From NCBI GenBank assembly GCA_964397155.1, contig CAYNHB010000003.1:1-42927 (forward strand): a stretch of 42,927 nt of DNA. Reading direction: 5' to 3'. Shown here piece by piece: positions 7,280 through 16,036 of the stretch. A model generated the notes under the pieces. The model did no database searches and had not been told where the DNA came from. It saw only the letters and a list, made by a program, of their open reading frames with translations. The stretch is from an uncultured Candidatus Saccharibacteria bacterium (GTDB lineage Bacteria; Patescibacteriota; Minisyncoccia; Minisyncoccales; Staskawiczbacteraceae). Within the stretch, counting starts at the first letter, position 1. The number at the start of each line of letters is the position of its first letter. Position numbers and translations under genes: made by a program.

Positions 7280-8617
7280 GTGGTGTCTAACAAACAGAAG
7301 CATTTTTTTAAGGAGCGAGCCATGGAAGCCATGGGCGACAACCTGACCACTGCTCAGATGCTCGAGGTTCTGAGGGATGAGTTCCTTCAGACATCGCTTG
7401 CAAAACATCGTTCTGGAGTGGGCGCGTTAGAAGCCCTTAAGGCTTCTGCCACGGCCGCCAATGCTGTTTCTGACAGGATTGAGCGTCTTTCTGGAGCAAT
7501 CCCTCAGATACTCGTGTTTCTTGACGAGGCGCGGGCCATTCAGGAGGATCTGGAGAATCTGTCCTCAGACGTGGAAGGCAAGACCTGGGCTGAGATCGTC
7601 GGGGTTCTGGAAGCTGGCATAAGCGCCAAGTTGTCCAGTAGCGACCTCAGAGTTAGGCGAGCAGTTTTTCTCGCCATGGTGTTTCACTGGTGCCGGCAAG
7701 CCAAAAGTGGTAAGGCTGGAACAGTGCTAGATCTGATGCTGAAGTGGAAGTTTCTGATTCCTGGCGACAAGGGGTCCGTTCGCTTTCAGAAAAACAGGAG
7801 ATTCAAGATTTCTGATGACTTCGGGCTCAAGCCCAAGGACAAGGAGAGCCTAGTTCTTCGGCTGAAGGGTCTTTACGAAGACACTCAGGTTGAGGAAGCT
7901 AAAGAGGCCAAGCCCAAAGAAGCGCCAGCGCCTCCAGCGCTCCGAGCTATCGTGAGCCGGGAGATCACTCCCGGCCAAGCTTGGCGGGGGGAAGTCGGAA
8001 ATTTCCGCCTTCACATCCCGTCGGTCAATGGCGATCCTCATGAGGATCTTGATCTGGAAAGCCAGGAAGGCAGCCAGCTCTTTGTTGCCAAAGCCAGTGG
8101 CCGACTTAGATACTTGGAGTCGACCTCGATTCCCCTGTCGGCTATCAAGGACGATAGTGGTGGTGTAAGGGATGGTCTGAAGCTCGTTCCTCCTCCGTTG
8201 GAGCCAAGGGCTCTGCAGAGGTGGAAGAATCAGAAAGAGGGACTCGGATTTGCGCTTCAGCGCGGGTTCAAAGCTGTTCTGGAAGGACAGAAGGACATGG
8301 ACCCCAGGGTTTTCCTGTCAACCAACGCTGTTGGCGATGCGGTCCTGACTTTTGAGGGTTTGTTCAGATGGGAGCCCGAACGTGACCCTGAAGATTGGGA
8401 GACCTTCGAGGATCTGACCTTGCGTTTTGCCCGCAGGGATGATGGAAAGTTGGCCCTGATTGAGGTTGTCTCAGAAGAGGCCAGAGAGCGCCTTGAGGGT
8501 GAAGTGGGGCAGTGGCGTACTCCTGGTGAGGCGTTCTTAAAGATGCAGCCTTTCTTTTTGAGGCTGTTCCTGCGCGCTGTTTACGGCCAGGTAGTTCAAA
8601 GCAGGGTTTATGGCTAG
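7280..8617 (+). CDS. GC-rich hypothetical protein (~430-445 aa); start may be ATG 7322
   Basis: Long ORF with its own promoter and terminator; visibly higher GC than the flanks; no family recognised. Confidence 0.75.
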   Translation: MVSNKQKHFFKERAMEAMGDNLTTAQMLEVLRDEFLQTSLAKHRSGVGALEALKASATAANAVSDRIERLSGAIPQILVFLDEARAIQEDLENLSSDVEGKTWAEIVGVLEAGISAKLSSSDLRVRRAVFLAMVFHWCRQAKSGKAGTVLDLMLKWKFLIPGDKGSVRFQKNRRFKISDDFGLKPKDKESLVLRLKGLYEDTQVEEAKEAKPKEAPAPPALRAIVSREITPGQAWRGEVGNFRLHIPSVNGDPHEDLDLESQEGSQLFVAKASGRLRYLESTSIPLSAIKDDSGGVRDGLKLVPPPLEPRALQRWKNQKEGLGFALQRGFKAVLEGQKDMDPRVFLSTNAVGDAVLTFEGLFRWEPERDPEDWETFEDLTLRFARRDDGKLALIEVVSEEARERLEGEVGQWRTPGEAFLKMQPFFLRLFLRAVYGQVVQSRVYG

Positions 8618-8639
8618 CCCCGCATTGAAAAACTCATTC

Positions 8640-8678
8640 AGCCGGCGATATTCGCAATAGCGTATCGTCGGCTTTTTT
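8640..8678 (+). terminator. Intrinsic terminator
   Basis: AGCCGGCGATA...TATCGTCGGCT followed by a T run. Confidence 0.7.
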
Positions 8679-8727
8679 GTTGATTATTGACTAATTTTAA
8701 AATAAAACATATAATGATTTTATTATA

Positions 8728-10149
8728 ATGCATAAAAAGTATTACATATTTATTGGTGTATTGGTCCTGGCTGTATTGGCTGGGATTTTTGCGTATCCAA
8801 ATTATTTCAACCAAGGGGTTGATTTTTTGAATGGAAAATTTTTATGGACTTTGCTAAAATTTCCTGAAAAGCCGTATGTTTTGGGGCTTGATTTGCAGGG
8901 CGGTGTAAGGTTAGTTTATCAGGCGGACTTATCAAGCGTTGAAGATGATTCTGGAGCTATGTCTGGATTAAGAGATGTAATTGAAAGAAGGGTGAATTTG
9001 TTTGGGGTTTCAGAGCCAGTAGTGCAGATACAGGGGCAAGACAGATTAATAGTGGAGTTGCCTGGAGTTACAGATGTAAAGCAGGCAATTGAAATGATAG
9101 GGGAAACTCCATACCTTGAATTTAATGAGCAAAGAACCGAAGAAGAGGCCCAGCAGATTTTAGACAAAATGCAGGAAATTCAAACTGCACAAGAAAATGG
9201 AAATGATTTTACAACAGTTGAAGGCTGGGAATTGGCTTTGCAAAACCCTTATTTTAAGCCAACAGAACTAACTGGGCAATATTTGAAAAAAGCCGCAGTT
9301 GTTTTTGACCAGACAACTTACAAACCGCAAATTCAGCTTGAATTTAATGATGAAGGTTCTGGAATTTTTGAACAGCTTACAGAAAGGAACATCGGAAAGC
9401 CCTTGGCAATCTTTTTAGACGGATATTCTATTATTGACACATCGGGAGACGGCAAGGTTGACGGCAGTGATTTATACGCTCCAATTGTGCAAGACAAAAT
9501 AAGCGGGGGAAGCGCAGTTATAACAGGAGATATCGGCACCCAGACAGCCAATACAATCGCAAGCCGGCTGAATTCTGGCGCTTTGCCTGTAAAAATTGGA
9601 GACCCAATTTCACAGGAAACGGTTGGTCCAACATTGGGTACAATTTCATTAGAAAAATCATTGATGGCAGGAATCTGGGGGTTGTTGGCGGTTGTTGTGT
9701 TTATGGTTTTAGTTTATAGATTGCCCGGTTTGTTGGCATCTATTGCTTTGGTGATTTATGTTGCTTTAGTGCTTTCTATATTTAAGTTAATTCCGGTTAC
9801 TTTAACCTTGGCTGGCATTGGAGGATTTGTGCTTTCTATAGGCATGGCCGTTGACGCAAACATTCTTATTTTTGCTAGAATGAAAGAAGAAATAAAAGCT
9901 GGCAGAGATATATCATCAGCAATTGACGAAGGATTTAAAAGAGCATGGCCTTCAATTAGAGACAGCAATTTTAATTCATTGATTGTTTGTGTTATTTTGT
10001 TTTTGGTAGCAACTTCTTTTATTAAGGGGTTTGCGTTTACATTGGCATTGGGTATTTTACTGAGCATGTTTTCTGCGATTTTTATAACGCGAATTTTTTT
10101 ACAAGTGTTTATAGGCAAATGGACAGACAAAATTAAATGGATTTTATAA
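8728..10149 (+). CDS. secD: Protein translocase subunit SecD
   Basis: LGLDLQGG, RRVNLFGVSEP, LNSGALP, IGMAVDANILIFAR; promoter TTGACT-17-TATAAT at 8687-8715. Confidence 0.97.
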   Translation: MHKKYYIFIGVLVLAVLAGIFAYPNYFNQGVDFLNGKFLWTLLKFPEKPYVLGLDLQGGVRLVYQADLSSVEDDSGAMSGLRDVIERRVNLFGVSEPVVQIQGQDRLIVELPGVTDVKQAIEMIGETPYLEFNEQRTEEEAQQILDKMQEIQTAQENGNDFTTVEGWELALQNPYFKPTELTGQYLKKAAVVFDQTTYKPQIQLEFNDEGSGIFEQLTERNIGKPLAIFLDGYSIIDTSGDGKVDGSDLYAPIVQDKISGGSAVITGDIGTQTANTIASRLNSGALPVKIGDPISQETVGPTLGTISLEKSLMAGIWGLLAVVVFMVLVYRLPGLLASIALVIYVALVLSIFKLIPVTLTLAGIGGFVLSIGMAVDANILIFARMKEEIKAGRDISSAIDEGFKRAWPSIRDSNFNSLIVCVILFLVATSFIKGFAFTLALGILLSMFSAIFITRIFLQVFIGKWTDKIKWIL

Positions 10150-10151
10150 AT

Positions 10152-11084
10152 ATGAATTTTCAGTTTACAAAGTATTCATTAGTTTATTACATAGTTTCTG
10201 GGGTTTTGGTGCTGGCTACCTTTGTGTCGTTGTTTGTTTTTGGGCTGAAGTTTGGCATTGAGTTTACAGGAGGGAGCAACATGGAAATTGAATTTTCCGC
10301 CGAAGGAGGAGGCAGGCCTTCAAATGAAGCAATTAGAGATGCTTTGAGCAGTTTTTCCGCCGAAGGCGGATCCGCCTCTGGCGGAGATTTGGGGGAAATT
10401 AATGTAAGGCCAATAGGAGAAAATAGCGCAGTTTTGCAATTTAAAGGGGTTGATGAAGATGTTCACCAGCAAATACTTTCAGAATTAAATAATTTGTCTG
10501 CTGTCCAAGAAAAGAGTTTTCAATATATTGGGCCTTCTGTGGGGCAGGAATTGAGGAATAAAACGCAGTTGGCGATTGTTTTAGCCTTAATAGCAATAAC
10601 CTTATATATTGCTTTTGCTTTTAGAAAAGTTTCAAGGCCTGTGGCGTCATGGAAATACGGGTTAGCCTCCCTGATTGCCCTGTTCCATGATATTTTGATT
10701 CCGCTTGGGGTGTTTTCTGTTTTAGGCCATTTGTATAATATTGAAGTTACAATTCCGATTATTGCAGCTTTATTAACTGTGCTTGGGTTTTCAGTGCATG
10801 ACACCATTGTTATTTTTGACCGCGTCAGAGAAAACATTTTAAGGCAGGGAATGGGCGAATTTGAACATACAGTAAACTGGAGTTTAAACCAAACATTAGG
10901 CAGGTCCTTGAGCACGGTGTTTAGCACCCTTGTTGTGCTTTTTGCCATATACTTTTTTGGCGGGGAAACCCTCAAATATTTTGCATTGGCCTTGATAATA
11001 GGCATTACTTCCGGGGCATATTCTTCTATATTTATAGCCAGCCCATTATTAGTAACTTGGTACAAATTTAGCGCCAAAAAATAG
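10152..11084 (+). CDS. secF: Protein translocase subunit SecF
   Basis: GIEFTGG, IGPSVG.EL, HD, GFSVHDTIVIFDRVRE, GAYSSIFIASP. Confidence 0.97.
   Translation: MNFQFTKYSLVYYIVSGVLVLATFVSLFVFGLKFGIEFTGGSNMEIEFSAEGGGRPSNEAIRDALSSFSAEGGSASGGDLGEINVRPIGENSAVLQFKGVDEDVHQQILSELNNLSAVQEKSFQYIGPSVGQELRNKTQLAIVLALIAITLYIAFAFRKVSRPVASWKYGLASLIALFHDILIPLGVFSVLGHLYNIEVTIPIIAALLTVLGFSVHDTIVIFDRVRENILRQGMGEFEHTVNWSLNQTLGRSLSTVFSTLVVLFAIYFFGGETLKYFALALIIGITSGAYSSIFIASPLLVTWYKFSAKK
10356..10385. repeat. 30-bp double-hairpin repeat in frame in secF (SAEGGSASGG); degenerate half copy at 10296-10310
   Basis: TCCGCC-gaa-GGCGGA TCCGCC-tct-GGCGGA. Confidence 0.88.
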
Positions 11085-11159
11085 ATGTAGATTAACCCCC
11101 CTTGACATAGTCTATTTTATATGATAAACTATGTTAATTAGGTATAATAGTCTAATAAT

Positions 11160-12176
11160 ATGGAAAATATTAATTATTCTCAAATTTATCAAAAATTCAC
11201 CAAAGGTCTTAGCCCAAAAACTAAGGATATTTTTAATCGCAGATTTGGGGTAAAATCTGGCAATCCTGAAACCCTGGAAGCAATTGGAAAAACCTTTGGC
11301 ATTACAAGAGAAAGAGTCCGCCAGATAGAGGAGGCCGGTTTTAACTTTATAAGAAAAAACAACAAAGAAGCGCTAAATGCTATTTTTGCTAAATTTGAGG
11401 ATTATTTTAAAGAACACGGAGGTTTTAAAAAAGAAGAAAATATTTTAGAAGAGTTGGGTGGCAAGAAAGCCAAGCCCTATATTTTATTTTTGCTTACTCT
11501 AGGAAACCAATTTTCAAGAGTTTGCGAAAAAAAGGATTACCATTATTTTTGGTCAAATTTACCTAACGCCCAGCCAAAAGTTAAAGAAAATTTGGGCTCT
11601 TTGGTTTCTGAAATGAAAAAAATAGGAAGGCCTATTGTTCAAAAAGGATTTTATCCGGAAATTGCTTCAAAACAGGGGATGTCAGAAAAAGAGGCACTGT
11701 CTTATCTTGAAGTTTCAAAAAGAATCCAGCCAAATTCAGACGGAGAGTTGGGTTTGATTGAGTGGCCGGAAATTAAGCCAAGAGGAGTAAAAGACAAAGC
11801 ATTTTTAGTTTTTAAAAAGCACGGAAAGCCCCTTCACTTTACAGAAGTAGCTTTGCACATTGATGGTTTAGAGTATAGCTCGCCAAATAAAAAAACTTAT
11901 CCTCAAACAGTGCACAACGAACTTATTAAAGACAGCAGGTTTGTTTTAGTTGGAAGGGGAACTTATGCGCTTTCAGAATGGGGGTATGTTCCAGGAACCA
12001 TAAAAGATGTGATTACAAAAGTTTTAGAAAATAGCAACGAGCCTCTTCACAAAGATGAAATTGTAAAACAGGTTTTGGCTCAAAGATTGGTTGCAAAAAA
12101 TACTGTGCTAATGAACTTAAACAATAAAAACCACTTTGAAAAGCACGAAGGAGAAAAATATTTTTTAAAGTCATAA
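11160..12176 (+). CDS. Sigma-70 region 4 HTH protein with C-terminal winged-helix (RpoE/HARE-HTH-like) domains
   Basis: ETLEAIGKTFGITRERVRQIE; TVHNELIKDSRFVLVGRGTYAL; promoter TTGACA-17-TAAACT at 11102-11130. Confidence 0.78.
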   Translation: MENINYSQIYQKFTKGLSPKTKDIFNRRFGVKSGNPETLEAIGKTFGITRERVRQIEEAGFNFIRKNNKEALNAIFAKFEDYFKEHGGFKKEENILEELGGKKAKPYILFLLTLGNQFSRVCEKKDYHYFWSNLPNAQPKVKENLGSLVSEMKKIGRPIVQKGFYPEIASKQGMSEKEALSYLEVSKRIQPNSDGELGLIEWPEIKPRGVKDKAFLVFKKHGKPLHFTEVALHIDGLEYSSPNKKTYPQTVHNELIKDSRFVLVGRGTYALSEWGYVPGTIKDVITKVLENSNEPLHKDEIVKQVLAQRLVAKNTVLMNLNNKNHFEKHEGEKYFLKS

Positions 12177-12189
12177 AAATAGAGAACAG

Positions 12190-12224
12190 AAAACGGCTCA
12201 TGCTAGGCTAGCATGAGCCGTTTT
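12190..12224. terminator. Bidirectional terminator, GGCTCA...TGAGCC hairpin family copy 3
   Basis: AAAACGGCTCATGCTAG-g-CTAGCATGAGCCGTTTT between convergent genes. Confidence 0.8.
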
Positions 12225-12273
12225 TGTTGCATAAAAAAGCGGCCTTGTTTCGGGGCCGCATGTGGAGTTGCTT

Positions 12274-13326
12274 TTACACAACCTGCCAGTGCAAAGTTTG
12301 CCTTGCCAAGAAAGGCACAAGGCCATGGTATTCAGGCGGAACCACCCAGTCCTTTCTCGCTAGGGTTATTGTTTTTTGGGGCATGGTTTTGCCGTAGAAT
12401 TTTAGACCAAATCTGGAAGTGAAGTTCGCCAGGTCGTTTGCAGTTTTCCCGTGCGCGAAGAATATTTCTGCAAGCTTTGGTATGGCTACAGGAGCAGAAA
12501 ATATTCCAGCTGGCGGAGGGGTCTTTTCTTTCGCGCTTTTTAGATGAGGCGCGCTGTCTGACCCAAAAAAGAAGCGAGGATCTCCACTCAACATTGCCTC
12601 AAGAACAGCTCGCTTGTCTTCTTCTCTCTTGGCAACTGGCTTGCAGAAGAGGTGCGGGTTTACGATAGTTTTTCCGTCTCCCCCAAATACATGCCAGTAT
12701 TCGATTAAGGCGTGGTGAAGAGTAAGCGTGCAACGCACATTTAAGGGGCAAGTTTTGACATAGTCAATCATTGCTTTTGTGCTTGCATGCTCAACCACAA
12801 TCTTTAAGCTAGGGAAAAGCTTCACCACATTGTCTAAATGGTATATCGCCTCTTGCTCTCTAAAGAGCTCATGCACTTCTTCTCCATCTCGGTCACGCAT
12901 TGCTTCCCAGTGGCCGGAAAATACCATATCAGCTCCTACGGCAGCATCCATCACTGAGAAGTATTGCGGGAGTTGTTCTAAAGAAATGCTTTCTTCAGAA
13001 TTGGTAGATACTCCCTTCGGGATATATTTTAAGACCGCAATTCCTCGTTTGCCTGCCTCTCTAATAGTTTTGGCAGTGGTTTTTCTTGTTAGCATCATGG
13101 CCACAGTGGGCGTGAAATTACGGCCACGGGGCACATGGTCAAGAATTTCTGCCTCGTATCTTGCCACGTCATCAGCTGTTGCAATTGCTGGAACAGTATT
13201 GCCCATTGCAACTGCACAACTGAAGTACTTTGCCGCAAACCAGACCGTTGTTGGAAGCATGTCGCCTTGCCTTAAATGGCAATGGGCATCAAAAGGTTCT
13301 GGTAGTACCGTGATGGTTTGGGTCAT
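12274..13326 (-). CDS. pyrC: Dihydroorotase (E. coli-type)
   Basis: DAHCHLRQG, KYIPKGVSTNS, VVEHAST, PHLFCKPVAK, FFGSDSAPH. Confidence 0.92.
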   Translation of the reverse strand: MTQTITVLPEPFDAHCHLRQGDMLPTTVWFAAKYFSCAVAMGNTVPAIATADDVARYEAEILDHVPRGRNFTPTVAMMLTRKTTAKTIREAGKRGIAVLKYIPKGVSTNSEESISLEQLPQYFSVMDAAVGADMVFSGHWEAMRDRDGEEVHELFREQEAIYHLDNVVKLFPSLKIVVEHASTKAMIDYVKTCPLNVRCTLTLHHALIEYWHVFGGDGKTIVNPHLFCKPVAKREEDKRAVLEAMLSGDPRFFFGSDSAPHLKSAKEKTPPPAGIFSAPVAIPKLAEIFFAHGKTANDLANFTSRFGLKFYGKTMPQKTITLARKDWVVPPEYHGLVPFLARQTLHWQVV

Positions 13327-14213
13327 CTCGCTTCTCCTTGCTGGGTTCGGATTTGTTTTCTATATCGGCGAACATACAGTGTTGGCCGCCAGGGGTGGCA
13401 AAGAAACACAGAGCCAAAGCTAAAGGCTCTTATCCCTTCAGCCCGCAGTTTTTCTATATCTGAAAAATTCCAGATGCTCGGTGCAATAACCGGAATATGG
13501 GTTAGTTCTTGCAGTTCTAAGGCAAAAGACCAAGTAAATGGCTGCGCAATTCTTCCTGAAACTCCGCCTCCGTCGTATTTTGTAAGCGGACTTGTATGGT
13601 TTGGAAAAACTTTTTCCCAAGGCACACTGTTTATACTCAAAGCTTCGGCTATGCCTTTAAGATTTGGCACAATTTTTTTAGCATCGTGCACCACCGATAG
13701 TTTTACCCAAACCGGATGGCGTGACACCTTCTTGATTTCCTCGGCAGATCTTATGATTTGAGTTGCGTTAGAAGCAGAAAGCAGGTTGCCCTTTGTGTTG
13801 GGGCAAGAAGCATTGAATTCAAGAGCAACAAGTTCGGCTTTGTTCATAACAAAAGCCATTGCTCTGAGTTCTTCAATTTCCTCTGAATAAATTGAACCGA
13901 TTAGCGGAACTTTTTTAGGATCAACTTTCGGCCCTATTTTTTCCGCCCACCAGTTAATGCCTGGATTTGTCAGCCCAACTGCGTTGACTGCGCCGCCTAT
14001 CATGGGCCTGATGCAACTCCAAGGTTTGTGCCACCTTAAGTTTCCTTTTCTGGGCTGTAGTGTTACGGTTTTCATTACGTTGGCAAAAAGCCGCGGATCA
14101 ATGATGCCAAGCCATCTTAGGGGCCACTCCTATGGCCAGCCTTTGCCATCGTAAGCCAAAGCTCCGCTGGCTGTAACAAATTCAAATTCATAGCCGTTTG
14201 ACAGGGTTATCAT
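13323..14213 (-). pseudogene. pyrD: Dihydroorotate dehydrogenase (class 1-like) with in-frame TAG at codon 28
   Basis: ATG 14213 with RBS AGAAAGG reads MITLSNGYEFEFVTASGALAYDGKGWP*EWPL... in frame with KTVT...GN, NAVGLTNPG, EFNASCPN, VKLS, GGVSG. Confidence 0.8.
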
Positions 14214-14422
14214 GGTTTGTCCTTTCTTTTGGTGTATTCAAAATTCAAGGTGCAACTTATTAACACAAATTATCATGAAAGGCATTACTTGTAAACTATT
14301 TCACTTTTTTCTTGTTTGTAATATATAAACTTCATAGATATATTACTGCACTCGTCAAAAGTGGAAAAGCAAGCTATTCCACTTTCTCCTCGTTTGTAAT
14401 ATAATAAACAAAGAAAAGAAAA

Positions 14423-14647
14423 ATGGCTATATTTTCTGTTGGTTTAATAGTTTTATTTGCAATGTCGGCGATTTTTTATATCGTTTTCTTTTCGTTTATA
14501 TATTACTGGCATTTAAGAAAAGTTACTTTTGTGGTGGTGCCTGTAATATTTGCCTTTGAATATTTTGCTATTGGATTTTTGGTCGTTTCAATAGTATCTA
14601 TTACTCTTGAATATTTGCCCTGGTTGCTCGGGGCAGTAGGAGCATGA
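14423..14647 (+). CDS. Small two-helix membrane protein
   Basis: Hydrophobic 74-aa ORF; ATGA overlap with the next gene. Confidence 0.75.
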   Translation: MAIFSVGLIVLFAMSAIFYIVFFSFIYYWHLRKVTFVVVPVIFAFEYFAIGFLVVSIVSITLEYLPWLLGAVGA

Positions 14648-16035
14648 AATTACCCCTGTGGTTATTTTGGACGGAATGGTTAAGGAAAGTTATTTGGGAT
14701 CCTTTTTGGTGGCTGATTTTATTTTTAATTATTTTATGGGTTCCATTTTTAAGAGTATGGTGGTGGTTGTTTTTGCCTTTAATGCTTCAGGCCCAGCTAA
14801 AAACTATTTATTTATGGTGGGTTGGATGGGATTTTTTTATTGCTAAAAGAAAGTGGGTGTTATTGGAATTAATTCCGCCCAAAGAAGTTTTGCTGCCCTT
14901 TAAGGCCATGGAAGATATATTTACTTCCATTTGGCCAATTTGGGATGGAGCAAATTTTCGTGAAATATGGTGCGAAGGAGAGTTAGATAATGGGCCTGAA
15001 TGGTGCTCTTGGGAAATAACCAGCATAGAAGGCAAGATACATTTTTATTTAAGAGTTGGCCAGCATCACAGGCACAGCATTGAGTCAGCTCTTTACGGTC
15101 ATTATCCTGATATAGAAATTCATGAAGTGCCAGATTATACAAAATTAGTTCCACAAAGCGTTCCTAATGAGGAATGGGATGCGTATGGCGAGGACTGGGA
15201 GCTTAGAAGAACATCTGCTTTGCCGATAAAAACTTATGAGAAATTTTTTGAACCGCAGGGTGAAAGAATTTCAGCCGAAGAAAAACGACTTGACCCAATG
15301 ATCTCTTTATTGGAAGCAATGTCAAAGCTTGGTCCAGGTGAGCATTATTGGGTTCAATTTACTTCGGTTCCTATTGCAGATAAAGATGAGCCAGAATACA
15401 GGGAAGACGGAAAAAAAATAATTAGCCAATTGGCAAACAGAATAGAACCTAAAGAAACAACGCTTTTTGATGATTTAATGTATATTGGCAGGCAAATATT
15501 TTTAGGTCCTGAAAAAGAGGGTTCTGGAGAATCGGCAAAATATTCATGGTTGCCTCAACAAAAAGAAGAAAAAGGAGAAAGGGAAATGGTTATAACTCCT
15601 GGAGAAAGAGAAATTATTACTGAAATAGAAAACAAAATAAAAAAACCAGCTTGGAGGACAAACATAAGAGGGTTTTATGTTGCTAAAAGAGATGCGTGGA
15701 ATTCTTCTCACAGAGTAATAACAAGGTCTTATATGGGGCATTTTCTTACAGACAATATGAATGGCCTTACGCTTATTGTTAAATCTCGTCCAAAGATCCA
15801 TTTTTTCTGGAGGCAAAGAAGAACTTTTTTAAGGTCAAGAAAAATGTTTAGGAATGCTGTTTTAAGGTATCCGCCATTGTATCCTGACAGGCGTCAGGCC
15901 TGCGCAATATTAAGCACAGAAGAATTAGCCACTTTATATCATTTCCCTATAAGGACAACCGGAATGATAGCTCCAACTATGGCAAAAATTGAATCAAAAA
16001 AATCTGGTCCTCCGGCTAATTTGCCAATAGAATAA
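14644..16035 (+). CDS. Membrane-anchored hypothetical protein, partner of the downstream TraD/VirD4-like ATPase
   Basis: Trp-rich N-terminal TM; SWEITS.EGKIHFY, YPDIEI.EV.DY, LPIKTY, LSTEELATLYHFP, PPANLP. Confidence 0.75.
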   Translation: MKLPLWLFWTEWLRKVIWDPFWWLILFLIILWVPFLRVWWWLFLPLMLQAQLKTIYLWWVGWDFFIAKRKWVLLELIPPKEVLLPFKAMEDIFTSIWPIWDGANFREIWCEGELDNGPEWCSWEITSIEGKIHFYLRVGQHHRHSIESALYGHYPDIEIHEVPDYTKLVPQSVPNEEWDAYGEDWELRRTSALPIKTYEKFFEPQGERISAEEKRLDPMISLLEAMSKLGPGEHYWVQFTSVPIADKDEPEYREDGKKIISQLANRIEPKETTLFDDLMYIGRQIFLGPEKEGSGESAKYSWLPQQKEEKGEREMVITPGEREIITEIENKIKKPAWRTNIRGFYVAKRDAWNSSHRVITRSYMGHFLTDNMNGLTLIVKSRPKIHFFWRQRRTFLRSRKMFRNAVLRYPPLYPDRRQACAILSTEELATLYHFPIRTTGMIAPTMAKIESKKSGPPANLPIE

Positions 16036-16036
16036 T

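Noticed and set aside
12779-13761. Plus-strand ORFs of 214 and 147 aa, and similar antisense ORFs across the window
   Set aside because: Shadows of pyrC, pyrD and other well-supported genes, with no motifs of their own
14313-14410. Short direct repeat GTTTGTAATAT(A)ATAAAC in the divergent intergenic region
   Set aside because: AT-rich with only two copies; could be promoter elements, but too weak to call
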